From the NCBI GenBank assembly GCA_965228475.1, contig OZ245817.1:4704001-4768000 (forward strand): a DNA stretch of 64,000 bases. The letters run 5' to 3'. The notes beneath the pieces are model-generated. The model ran no database searches. It was not told where the DNA came from and worked only from the letters and a program-made list of their open reading frames with translations. Shown one piece after another: positions 35,972-44,974 of this stretch. Made by a program: the position numbers and the translations under genes. This DNA comes from Myxococcota bacterium (GTDB lineage: Bacteria > Myxococcota_A > UBA9160 > JAFDDA01). Each line of letters opens with the position of its first letter. The stretch's first letter is position 1.

Positions 35972-38355
35972 GCCTTCGAGCGCCCGGCTTCGGGCGGCAA
36001 GGCGTAGAGATCCTGCCGTCCGCTGCGCCCGCGAATCGCGAGCGCCTCGTGGGCGACGAAGCCCTCGCCCGCTTCCCCCGCGGCCTGCCAGGTCGCCGCG
36101 TCGGTGACGATGGCCGCGTCGAGCTTCCGGGTCATCTCCTGGAGCCGGGCCGCCAGGTTCGTGGTGTTGCCGACGGCGCTCCAGATCGCCCGGTCCGCGG
36201 CCTGGATGTTTCCGACGAAGGCCTCGCCCGTAGCGATGCCAACGCCGACCTCGAGCGATGCGCCCGACTCCGCGCCTTCCACCGGGAGCGCTGCCACCGC
36301 GCGCACGATCTCCCGCCCGGCGAGGACCGCCGCACGCTCCTTGCTCTCGAGCTCCCGCGGTGCGCCGAAGACCGCCATCATTCCATCGCCGTTGAACTCG
36401 ACCACGCTCCCGCCGTTCGCGCGAACGACCTCTGAAACGAGTTTCGTGTAGCGGTTCACCGTGGAGAAGATCTCGTCCGCCGAACGCTCCTCGCTGAAGC
36501 GCGAATAGCCGCGGATGTCCACGAAGGAAACCGTGACTTCGCGGCGGCCTTCCACGAGCTCCCGACCGTGGACGAGTTCATCCACCAGGGCACCCGGCAC
36601 ATAGCGCCGCAGAGCGGTCTGCATGCTGCGCGCCTCCTCGGTCAGCTGCTCGGGCCCGAAGCGGGCGAACCCGGCGGAGACCCGCTCGGCGAGCCTGCCC
36701 AGGAGATCGAGCTCGCTCGAGGTGTAGATGTCTCCCGAGCGCTTGGAGCCGAGGCAGATCACCGCGGCCAGGGCACCCGCCGGGCGAACGGGCAGGATCA
36801 CCGGCACGCCGAGGGTCTCGAGGGCGGCGCGGTCGAAGGGGCTGAGGCTCGACTCGCCGCCGCGCCGCCGCAGGCCTTCGGCCGAGAGCGGAACGCCGCG
36901 TTCTTCGAGCACCGAGACCAGCGGGCTCGAAGCCGGGAACGCCGGCGGGACGACGTGCCCCCGGACCCAGATCGGAGCGAAGCTCTCGCCGTCGCGCACG
37001 TAGACGGAGCAGCTTTCCGGGTGGAACAGTTCGTCGAGCCCGGCCCCGACCGTCTCCGCCAGCGCCGCCGGCCCCTTGCTCGCCCCGAGCCGCTCCGCGA
37101 GGCCCTCGAGCGACTTCTCGAGCGCCGGCCGCGCCGGGTAGAAGACCGACTCGACGCGCGGTGCCAGCCAACGGTGCGCGGGAATGACGGCGATCGCCAG
37201 CGCCAGCGAGAGAGCGAGCTGGGCGTTGGCAGACTCGATCCCGAGCGTCGCGGAGAAGCGCTCGGCCACCGCCGGCCCCAGCGCGAGCAACGTCCCCGCA
37301 CCGACCAGGCCGATCAACGTGTAGGACGCCGTCGAGTTGATGAGCCGGTCAATGTCGAGGAGGTTGTAGCGGGCGATCGCGATCACGACGGAGATCGGGA
37401 TCAACGCCAGCGTGCTCATGCTGACGACGAGCAGGCTGAAGACCCCGACGTCGAAGGCGGCCAGGGCCGTCGCCGCAGCCGGGAGCGCCACCGCCAGGTA
37501 GACGCCCAGCAGGACCCACTTGATCTGGCGGCGTGAGAGGGCGTCGGCCATGCGGTAGGTGTGGCTCGCGATGCCGACGAGCAGCGCGAAGAAGAGCAGG
37601 TCGCCGAGGGTCATCCCGAGGTTCCCGAGGCTCCGGCCGAAGGGGAACTCGTAGAAGCGGCTGCTCTCGAAGGGGATGAGGGCCAGGAAGAGCCAGGGCC
37701 CATAGCGTGCAAAGTCACCGAGCGCGTTCGGAGGGCGCGCGCCGTCCGGAAAGAGCAGCGCGGCGCGCAGCGCCAGGGGAATCGCGAAGCCGACGGAGAA
37801 GACGTGCACGACGAAGGAGAAGAGCGTGACGCTCTGGCTCCCGCCGAACGTGCAGGCCAGGAAGCACGCCGCCACGAGGAAGGTCTGGGCGAAGGCGCGG
37901 ACCAGGCGCGAGCGCGGCGCCTGCAGCGTCAGCAGGAGCGCGGCGAGCGCGAAGACGAAGGATGCCGGGAGGCGGGGCCAGTAGATCCGGTAGGAGCGGA
38001 CGGGCACGACGGCGCGGCCCACTTCGCCGCCGCGTTCGAAGACGACGGGGACCTCGCCCTCCGCGCGGCTCGCCTCGTAGAAGATCGGGTAAAGCGCCGT
38101 GTGGCCGCGCCCGAGCAGGCTCTCGCCGCCAGCCGCACGGATCCGGTCTCCGACCCGGAGCCCCGCTTCCTCCGCTCCGGAGCCCGCCGCCAGGCCGACG
38201 AGCTCGGGCGCCCCGCCCGAAGCCTGGGCTCGCGTGAGGATCAGGGTCGGGTAGCCGACCTGGGTGATGACCGAATGCAGCGAGAGCCCGAAACAGACGA
38301 TCCAGAGCGGAACGAGCACCCACAGCGTTCGGTCGAACGGGCCGCGCGGGTCCAT
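35968..38355 (-). CDS. Membrane class III nucleotide cyclase (PDZ-like + multi-TM + GAF-like + cyclase)
   Basis: AEEAGLRVGD (PDZ-like), ~10 TM segments, LGSKRSGDIY (GAF-like), FVDIRGYS, EFNGDG, GVGIATG, GNTTNLAARLQ. Confidence 0.88.
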   Translation of the reverse strand: MDPRGPFDRTLWVLVPLWIVCFGLSLHSVITQVGYPTLILTRAQASGGAPELVGLAAGSGAEEAGLRVGDRIRAAGGESLLGRGHTALYPIFYEASRAEGEVPVVFERGGEVGRAVVPVRSYRIYWPRLPASFVFALAALLLTLQAPRSRLVRAFAQTFLVAACFLACTFGGSQSVTLFSFVVHVFSVGFAIPLALRAALLFPDGARPPNALGDFARYGPWLFLALIPFESSRFYEFPFGRSLGNLGMTLGDLLFFALLVGIASHTYRMADALSRRQIKWVLLGVYLAVALPAAATALAAFDVGVFSLLVVSMSTLALIPISVVIAIARYNLLDIDRLINSTASYTLIGLVGAGTLLALGPAVAERFSATLGIESANAQLALSLALAIAVIPAHRWLAPRVESVFYPARPALEKSLEGLAERLGASKGPAALAETVGAGLDELFHPESCSVYVRDGESFAPIWVRGHVVPPAFPASSPLVSVLEERGVPLSAEGLRRRGGESSLSPFDRAALETLGVPVILPVRPAGALAAVICLGSKRSGDIYTSSELDLLGRLAERVSAGFARFGPEQLTEEARSMQTALRRYVPGALVDELVHGRELVEGRREVTVSFVDIRGYSRFSEERSADEIFSTVNRYTKLVSEVVRANGGSVVEFNGDGMMAVFGAPRELESKERAAVLAGREIVRAVAALPVEGAESGASLEVGVGIATGEAFVGNIQAADRAIWSAVGNTTNLAARLQEMTRKLDAAIVTDAATWQAAGEAGEGFVAHEALAIRGRSGRQDLYALPPEAGRSKA

Positions 38356-38365
38356 GGAAAAGAGG

Positions 38366-39496
38366 CTAGCGCGCCTCCGCTCGAAGATCGGCCAGGCTCA
38401 CAACGCGGCACTGCGGCTCCGGGTGGTCCTTCGCGCGCACCCAGCGCACGCCCATCGTCCCGTGGTGATGGCCCGCGGTGTCGAGCCAGTTGCCCGTGCC
38501 CGGATCTTCGTGCGCCACGATGATGCGCACCGATCCATCGGCTTCGTAGCGCGCCTGGCCACTGTTCACGTGGGTCTGGTGGAAGTGGTAGTCGAGGGAT
38601 TCGGCCCAGATGTTCCCGAGCTGGAGGTTCCAGTAGTGACACTCGGGCGGTGTCACCTCGATGACGAGCGCCTCGTCCGGCGCGAGCTCCCAGAACCCGA
38701 GCCACATGCGGATGTTCGGGTCGCCGCCCATGTGGAGGTGCTTCTCCATCGGCGGGAGGTGGAACGCGTTGCTCGGCGCCTGCTCGCGGTAGCCGATCAC
38801 CCAGTCGTAGAACCACTGGGCGCAGCCGACGGCGTAGAGCGCGCTCCCGAGGAGCTGCCCCGGCATGCGCGTCGCCTCGAGCGGCGGCGGCGCAGCGCCT
38901 TCGTGGCCGACGCACTCGATCGAGATGTCGACGGGCTGCTCCTTCGCGCGATCGAGGAAGGTCTGGCGCACGAGGATCTGCTTCGTGTTCGGGCCGAGGC
39001 GCAGCCAGTCGCCCGAGCCCTTCGCCGGCTCCTTCTGACTCGCGTAGACCTCGAAGCTGCCGTCGGCTCCGAGCGTGAGGTCGGAATCGTTCAGGTGACC
39101 GGCGCCGCCCGTGATCTTGTCCTTGGCCGCGAAGTTCTGATCCTGCGCCGCGAGCGAGAGGTAGTGGATGCTCCCGCGCCGGCCCCGCAGCCGGTAGTCG
39201 TAGGCCGGGTTCACGGAGGCGCTGCGATAGAAGTTGTCCGGGTTGTCGAGGCCCATCTTCACCATCTCGGGCATGGTGCGGAAGACCGGGTACTCGGGAC
39301 CGGTCGCTTCGGCGAAGGAGATCATCCCCGCCCGCGCGAGGCGCGAGAGGTATCGCAGGCCCTCGCCCCGGTCGAAGTCCGAGGCTTCGAGCTCCGGGCG
39401 CGCGAGCACCTCGCCCGCCTTCTTCAGGAGATCGCAGAAAGCATCCCAGGCCTCGCGGGCCTCATCGGCGCTCATGCCGGCTTCGGCGTCGCTCAT
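38366..39496 (-). CDS. DUF1214-type protein associated with sulfotransferases
   Basis: EGLRYLSR, MGLDNPDNFY, YRLRGRRG, ESLDY, DPGTGNWLDTAGH. Confidence 0.78.
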   Translation of the reverse strand: MSDAEAGMSADEAREAWDAFCDLLKKAGEVLARPELEASDFDRGEGLRYLSRLARAGMISFAEATGPEYPVFRTMPEMVKMGLDNPDNFYRSASVNPAYDYRLRGRRGSIHYLSLAAQDQNFAAKDKITGGAGHLNDSDLTLGADGSFEVYASQKEPAKGSGDWLRLGPNTKQILVRQTFLDRAKEQPVDISIECVGHEGAAPPPLEATRMPGQLLGSALYAVGCAQWFYDWVIGYREQAPSNAFHLPPMEKHLHMGGDPNIRMWLGFWELAPDEALVIEVTPPECHYWNLQLGNIWAESLDYHFHQTHVNSGQARYEADGSVRIIVAHEDPGTGNWLDTAGHHHGTMGVRWVRAKDHPEPQCRVVSLADLRAEAR

Positions 39497-39497
39497 C

Positions 39498-40634
39498 TCA
39501 TTTCCCTCCGAGGCCGAAGCGCTCGATGTAGCGGGCGAAGCGCGTGTGGACGCGCTCGCGGGTCAGTCCGAAGCTCGCGAGGTCGTACTCGTGCTTGCCG
39601 TGCTTGTCCTTCGGGTGGCTCGCCGAGTACTCGGCCATCGCATACTCCGGCGCGCCCTCGAAGGGCATTCCGAAGTGATCGTAGACGCCGCGCGCCGCCG
39701 CACTGTTGTCGGCCACGAGCGCGTCGTAGTCGACGTCGATGAAGCGGGCTTCGTCGAGCTGCTCGCGGGCGTCCATGGCGCGGTCCATCGAATCCGCGTA
39801 GTGCTTCAAGACGAGCGGGCCGAACTCTTCCGCGGAGATCGAGACGCGGCTCTCGACGATCATGTAGATCATGCTCGAAATCGATGCGATGCAGGCCGCC
39901 GGGTCGCGATGGTTCCAGACGAGGCTGCAATCCGGGAAGGTCTCGACCAGCACGTCGAGCGCCCAGAGGTGCGAGGGCGTCTTCAGGAGCCAGCGCTCAC
40001 CCGGGCGCTGCCAGTCGAGCAGCCGGAGCAGGTCCGCGTAGTAGCGGTAGAGCGGGCGGAAATCGTGCTCGGCGAACCAGCTCGCATAGGGCTCGAGCAT
40101 CAGCTCGTAGCCGAGCTGGCCGCCGTCGAGTCCGAAGGCGTGGAGCAGGACGCACTCTTCCGGCGTATCCGCGTCGGCGAAGTGGGCCTTGGTGAACTCC
40201 GGGTTCTTCTTGCGGCTCTGCTCGGTGACGGCCTTCATGGCCTTGTAGCGCGGGTCGACCTCGCCCGGCGCGAGATCCCAGTTCGGGTCCGGGAAGATCC
40301 CCTCCCAGAGGTAGAGCGGCCGCGCGCTCGGGTCGGCGGCGAGCAGGTTGAAGAGCGCGGAGGTTCCGGAGCGCGGCAGGCCGGTCAGGAGCATCGGCTT
40401 CGCGATGCGGCGGTCGCGGATCTCGGGGTGGCGCCGGAAGGCCTCTTCGATCTTCAGGCGGGTCGCGAGCAGGTTCACGAGGCGGCCCCGGTGCTGCGCG
40501 ATTCCCTTCTCGGTGAAGGGGTTCTTCTCGGTCAGCTCGATCAGGGCGCGCAGGCCCGGCCGGTAGTGATCCGTCCCGAAATCGGAGAGGCCCGTCGCCT
40601 GGCGCGCTTCTTCGAGCAGTTCGTCTTCGTTCAA
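39498..40634 (-). CDS. Sulfotransferase family protein
   Basis: 5'-PSB loop TGLPRSGTS, PEEC, WLLKTPSH, HRDP, YDALVAD; start (TTG) approximate. Confidence 0.88.
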   Translation of the reverse strand: MNEDELLEEARQATGLSDFGTDHYRPGLRALIELTEKNPFTEKGIAQHRGRLVNLLATRLKIEEAFRRHPEIRDRRIAKPMLLTGLPRSGTSALFNLLAADPSARPLYLWEGIFPDPNWDLAPGEVDPRYKAMKAVTEQSRKKNPEFTKAHFADADTPEECVLLHAFGLDGGQLGYELMLEPYASWFAEHDFRPLYRYYADLLRLLDWQRPGERWLLKTPSHLWALDVLVETFPDCSLVWNHRDPAACIASISSMIYMIVESRVSISAEEFGPLVLKHYADSMDRAMDAREQLDEARFIDVDYDALVADNSAAARGVYDHFGMPFEGAPEYAMAEYSASHPKDKHGKHEYDLASFGLTRERVHTRFARYIERFGLGGK

Positions 40635-40774
40635 GGATGGCCTCGTCGTTCGGACGATCCGGCGCCGTCCGTCGCGCAGTGGGAACCCGCGGCGGCCGAG
40701 TATACCCCGACCGGGCGTGCGCAATGGCGACCAAGCTGCGATCCTCGGCCAGGCACGGAACCGAGGTCCGATGG

Positions 40775-42130
40775 ATGCCCGAAACCCGCCATGCCGTTGC
40801 CGTCGTCGGAGGCGCCACCTCCGGCGCGGAGATCGCCGCCCGGCTGGCCGAGACCGGCGTCGACGTGACGGTCTTCGAGCAGAGCCCCCTGCCCTACGGG
40901 AAGATCATGGACGGCCTCCCGCGCTGGCACGTCGCCCTGCGCCGGAAGGAGTACGAGAACGTCAACACGAAGCTCTCCCAGCCCGGGGTGCACTTCGTGC
41001 CGAACACCCGCATCGGCCAGGACATCGGCTTCGCCGAGCTCGCGAGGGAGTGGGGCTTCACCGCGGTGGTGCTCGCCTCGGGCGCCTGGAACGACCGGCC
41101 GATCCCCATCGAGGGCGCCGACGCCTACGTCAACAAGGGACTGATCTACCAGAACCCCTTCATCATCTGGTTCAACCACGCGGACGAGGCAGGCTACGCC
41201 GGCGAAACCTTCGAGGTCCGGGACGGCGCGCTCGTCGTCGGCGGGGGCCTCGCCTCGATCGACGTGACGAAGGTGCTGATGCTCGAGACGACGCGGGCGA
41301 AGCTCGCCGAGCGCGGCATCGAGGTCGACATCGTCGAGTTCGAGGTGAAGGGCATCCCGAAGATGCTCGCCGCCCACGGGCTCACCTTCGAGGAACTCGG
41401 CATCGAGCCCGCCACGCTCTTCTACCGCCGCCGCGGCGAGGACATGCCGCTCGTCGAGATCCCGCCCGACGCCGACGAGAAGCGCCGCGCGAAGCTCGCG
41501 GGCGCGCGCGGCAAGGTCCTCGCCAAGGCGCTCGAGAAGTACCTCTTCCGCTTCGAGCCCCTCGCCGCGCCGGAGGGTCTCGTCGTCGACGACGGCCGCC
41601 TCGTCGGGCTGACCTTCCGCCGCACGAAGATCGAGGATGGCCGCGTCGTCCCGACGGACGAGACCTTCGAGCGCCGCGGAAGCTGCATCTACAGCTCCAT
41701 CGGAAGCATCCCGGTTCCGATGGAAGGCATCCCGATGAAGGGCGAGCTCTACGACTTCACGGATTGGGAGCTCGGCCGTCTCGCGGACTACCCGAACGTC
41801 TTCTCCGTCGGGAACATCGTGACCGGCAAGGGCAACATCGTCGCCTCGCGCAAACACTCCGCGGCCGTCGCGGAGCAGGTGATCGAACAGTTCCTCGGGG
41901 TCGGCGATACGGACGGCCACGAGGGCGAAGAGAGCCTGCTCGAGGGCGTCACTTCAACGGCCACCGAAGCCGCCGGCCGGATCGCCGCGGAGCTCTCGGC
42001 TCAGCCGGCGATCGAGCCCGCGGTGCTCGAGGCCCTGCGCAAGCGCGTGGCCGAGCGCCAGGCCGCCGTCGGCCACGACGGCGACTACCGCGCCTGGATC
42101 GAGCGCAACACGCCGCCCGACCTGCAGTAG
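40775..42130 (+). CDS. FAD-dependent oxidoreductase (ferredoxin-NADP reductase/GltD-like)
   Basis: VAVVGGATSG, FEQSPLPYG, VVLASGA, VVGGGLASID, YRR, SSIG. Confidence 0.8.
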   Translation: MPETRHAVAVVGGATSGAEIAARLAETGVDVTVFEQSPLPYGKIMDGLPRWHVALRRKEYENVNTKLSQPGVHFVPNTRIGQDIGFAELAREWGFTAVVLASGAWNDRPIPIEGADAYVNKGLIYQNPFIIWFNHADEAGYAGETFEVRDGALVVGGGLASIDVTKVLMLETTRAKLAERGIEVDIVEFEVKGIPKMLAAHGLTFEELGIEPATLFYRRRGEDMPLVEIPPDADEKRRAKLAGARGKVLAKALEKYLFRFEPLAAPEGLVVDDGRLVGLTFRRTKIEDGRVVPTDETFERRGSCIYSSIGSIPVPMEGIPMKGELYDFTDWELGRLADYPNVFSVGNIVTGKGNIVASRKHSAAVAEQVIEQFLGVGDTDGHEGEESLLEGVTSTATEAAGRIAAELSAQPAIEPAVLEALRKRVAERQAAVGHDGDYRAWIERNTPPDLQ

Positions 42131-42167
42131 CCCCAGCAGCCCCCACGAATCCGATCTCCGCTCGTTG

Positions 42168-42193
42168 GTAACCGGCCGCGCGCCGGGTGCGTA
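42168..42193 (+). promoter_or_regulatory. ECF16/SigF-like promoter
   Basis: GTAACC-N16-CGTA, near the Caulobacter SigF consensus GTAACC-N16-CGAA, about 50 bp upstream of the precursor gene. Confidence 0.65.
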
Positions 42194-42242
42194 GTGGTTT
42201 GTGAAGCCGGAACACCGGCGAAAATCCAACGAAGGAGACTCG

Positions 42243-42521
42243 ATGAAGACCCGAAGTGGCATGCTGGCCGCGGCCGCGGCCTCCCTGTTCATGGCCGGTG
42301 GCGCGGCCCTGGTGGCCGCCCCGGCGGCAGCGGAAGACAAGATCAAGTGCGAGGGCGTGAACTCCTGCAAGAGCCACAGCGATTGCAAGACGCTCTTCAG
42401 CGAGTGTGCCGGCCACAACGACTGCGCCGGCAAGGGTTTCAAGATGCTCACGCCGGAAGAGTGCGACGAGGCGAAGGCCGAGATGGCGCGCAAGGCCGGT
42501 GAGAGCAAGGACCGCATGTAG
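42243..42521 (+). CDS. Bufferin-type (BufA2-like) Cys-rich secreted RiPP precursor
   Basis: Signal peptide then CEGVNSCKSHSDCK...CAGHNDCAGKGF...C (6 Cys); directly upstream of MNIO gene. Confidence 0.85.
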   Translation: MKTRSGMLAAAAASLFMAGGAALVAAPAAAEDKIKCEGVNSCKSHSDCKTLFSECAGHNDCAGKGFKMLTPEECDEAKAEMARKAGESKDRM

Positions 42522-43409
42522 ATGAGCCATGCGCCCGGTACGCGGTCCGACGCCCCCTATCTCGGTGTCGGCGTCGGGCTGCGGCCGGTGCACTACGGCG
42601 AGCTGCTCTCGCGCGCCGCCGAAGGCCGGCTCGAGATCGACTGGGTCGAGGCCACGAGCGAGAACTACATGATCCCGGGCGGGCGGCCGCTGCGCATCCT
42701 CTCCGAGGTGCGCGCCGCCCTTCCCCTCGTTCTCCACGGCGTCTCGATGAGCCTCGGCTCGACCGATCCGCTCGACGCCGGCTACCTCGACGACCTCGAC
42801 ACCCTCGCCGCACGCTTCGAGCCGAGCTGGGTCTCGGACCACCTGTGCTGGACCGGCGTCGGCGGCCACAACCTGCACGACCTGCTCCCGCTGCCCTACA
42901 CGGAGGAGGTCGTCCGCCACCTGGCCACGCGGATCCGGCGGGTGCAGGAACGCCTCGGGCGGCGCATCGCCGTCGAGAACGTCTCCTCCTACGTGAGCTT
43001 CGCGGCGAGCGCCCTCACGGAGTGGGAGTTCCTCTCCGCCGTCGCCGAAGAGGCGGACTGCGGAATCCTCCTCGACGTGAACAACGTCTTCGTCTCCGCC
43101 CACAACCACGGCTTCGACGCCCGCACCTACCTCGCAGCGATCGACCCGGATCGCATCTTCCAGATCCACCTCGCGGGGCCGAGCGAGGAAGGCCCGCTGC
43201 TCATCGACACCCACGACCACCCGGTGCGGGAAGAGGTCTGGCAGCTCTACGCGGAGCTCGTCGCCCGCACGGGGCCCGTCTCCACCTTGATCGAATGGGA
43301 TGCGAACCTCCCGAGCTTCGAGCGACTCTGCCAGGAAGCGAAGCGGGCGCGCACGATCCTCGATGCCGAGGCAAGCGGGAGCGCCCGTGCAGTCGGAGCC
43401 CTCGGTTGA
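42522..43409 (+). CDS. MNIO (DUF692) family RiPP maturase, BufB-like
   Basis: GVGLRPVH, ENYM, LHGVSMSLGS, SDHLCW, HDLLPLPYT, ENVSSY, LLDVNN, QIHLAG, IDTHD, IEWD. Confidence 0.93.
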   Translation: MSHAPGTRSDAPYLGVGVGLRPVHYGELLSRAAEGRLEIDWVEATSENYMIPGGRPLRILSEVRAALPLVLHGVSMSLGSTDPLDAGYLDDLDTLAARFEPSWVSDHLCWTGVGGHNLHDLLPLPYTEEVVRHLATRIRRVQERLGRRIAVENVSSYVSFAASALTEWEFLSAVAEEADCGILLDVNNVFVSAHNHGFDARTYLAAIDPDRIFQIHLAGPSEEGPLLIDTHDHPVREEVWQLYAELVARTGPVSTLIEWDANLPSFERLCQEAKRARTILDAEASGSARAVGALG

Positions 43410-44197
43410 GCGCCCTCGCCGACGCCCAGGAGCGGCTCTGGCGCTTCATCACCGCGCCGAGCGGCGTGCGTGCAGCCCTCGCAGAGGCCGGGCCTGCCGA
43501 GCGCGACGCCTTCGAGACCCTGCTGGCGCGCGACGACGCACTTCCGAGCGCGCTCCGCCTCGAGATCTACGCCAACGCCTATTTCCAGCGCATCCTCGAG
43601 GTGCTCGAGCGCGACTTCGAGGCACTCGCTGCGGCCCTCGGCGAGGCCGGCTTCCACGATCTCGTGACGGCCTACCTGTGCGTCCACCCGCCCCGCCGCG
43701 CTTCCCTGCGCCACGCCGGGGCCGAGCTTCCCGGCTTCCTCGCTGCGCACGAGGCCGCCGCACCGTTCCGCTCCCGCTGGCCCTTCGCCGCGGACCTGGT
43801 CCGGTTCGAGTGGGCCAAGGGCATCGCCTTCGACGCGCCGGATGCGGAGCCCCTCGGCCGGGAGCACCTCGCCCGCGTTGCGCCCGAGCGTTGGGACGGC
43901 CTCTGCTTCGCGCTCCAGCCGGGCGCCGCGCTGCTCGAGTTCGGTTGGGACGTCACCGAAGCCGCGCCCGTGCTGCGTCCGACCCGCGTGCGCGTCTGGA
44001 GGAAGCGGGAGCGCGTGCACCACCGCAAGATCGAGGACGAAGAGTTCGCGCTGCTCGCGGACCTCGTCGCCGGAGCGTCCTTCGGGGATCTTTGTGCCCG
44101 GCTCGTCGCGGTGGCGGGTGAGGAAGAGGCCCCGCAACGTGCCGCGGGCTGGCTCGCCCACTGGCTCGAGGACGAGCTCCTGGCCGCCCGGCCCTAG
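43406..44197 (+). CDS. DUF2063/BufC-HvfC-like MNIO partner protein
   Basis: RLEIYANAYFQRI, LGEAGF..LVTAY..HPP, DLVRFEWA; TTG start overlaps MNIO stop. Confidence 0.85.
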   Translation: MSALADAQERLWRFITAPSGVRAALAEAGPAERDAFETLLARDDALPSALRLEIYANAYFQRILEVLERDFEALAAALGEAGFHDLVTAYLCVHPPRRASLRHAGAELPGFLAAHEAAAPFRSRWPFAADLVRFEWAKGIAFDAPDAEPLGREHLARVAPERWDGLCFALQPGAALLEFGWDVTEAAPVLRPTRVRVWRKRERVHHRKIEDEEFALLADLVAGASFGDLCARLVAVAGEEEAPQRAAGWLAHWLEDELLAARP

Positions 44198-44210
44198 CCG
44201 GCCGCTGGCG

Positions 44211-44957
44211 CTAGACCGCCGGGATGTGCTCGCGAATCTCCGCGAGCACGCGGTCCGGGTGCGAGCGCACCTGGTAGTTCTCCGACTGATCGATCCAGCG
44301 CACGATCCCCTTCGCGTCGACGAGGAACGTCGTCGGGACGGGCATGCCGGTGACGCCCTTCGGCGTGATGCTGTTCGGGTTCCGAAGACCGTAGCGGTCG
44401 GTCACCGCGAGATCCGCGTCCGAGAGCATCACCGCGTTCGCGCCGTGCTTCTTGCGTCCCTTGCGGATCTCCGCCGGCGTGTCGCTGCTCACGGTCACGA
44501 GCGAGACGCCGTGGGCATCGAGCTCGGGCCGCATCTCTTCCCATCGCCGCAACTCGGCGACACAGTACGGTCACCAGTGGCCGCGGAAGAACTTCAGCAG
44601 GTAGGGCTTGCCCGAGAGGCTCGAGAGGGCGAACTCGGCACCCCCGTCGTCGACGGCGCTGAACTCGATGATGCGCTCGCCGACGCCGGTCTTCGGCGGC
44701 GTGCGCGACTGCCCCGCGAAGGGCTGCAGGAAGAGGAACGTGCCCGAGAGCGCGAGCGCCAGGCCCGCGCCGATCTTGCCGAGGAGGCCCGCGCCCGCCA
44801 CGAAGGCGGTCACGGCGAGGAGCGCGCCGAGGCCCATCGCAGCGATCACGAGGCTTCGCACCTCGGCGGTGCGAACCGCCTGCATGCGCTGGAACCAGAG
44901 CGCGCCGGTGGCGCCGACCACCGTGACCGCGAGCAAGGCGAAGAGGTTGCCGTCCAT
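44211..44957 (-). CDS. Membrane-anchored AhpC/TSA (peroxiredoxin-like) selenoprotein, UxxC motif
   Basis: Two track ORFs are in the same frame, joined across one TGA (44571-44573): FFRGHW-U-PYCVAEL; three N-terminal TM helices; C-terminal PTTFLVD..GIVRW. Confidence 0.85.
44544..44560 (-). promoter_or_regulatory. Bacterial SECIS-like hairpin
   Basis: mRNA UGA-CCGUACUGUG-UCGCCG-AGUUG-CGGCGA, stem starts 11 nt after UGA. Confidence 0.65.
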
Positions 44958-44974
44958 GGGGAAACGGTAGCGCC

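Noticed and set aside
44211..44957. Pseudogene or two separate small ORFs
   Set aside because: The single TGA falls at the catalytic Cys position and is followed by a SECIS-like hairpin, so selenocysteine read-through is the better explanation.
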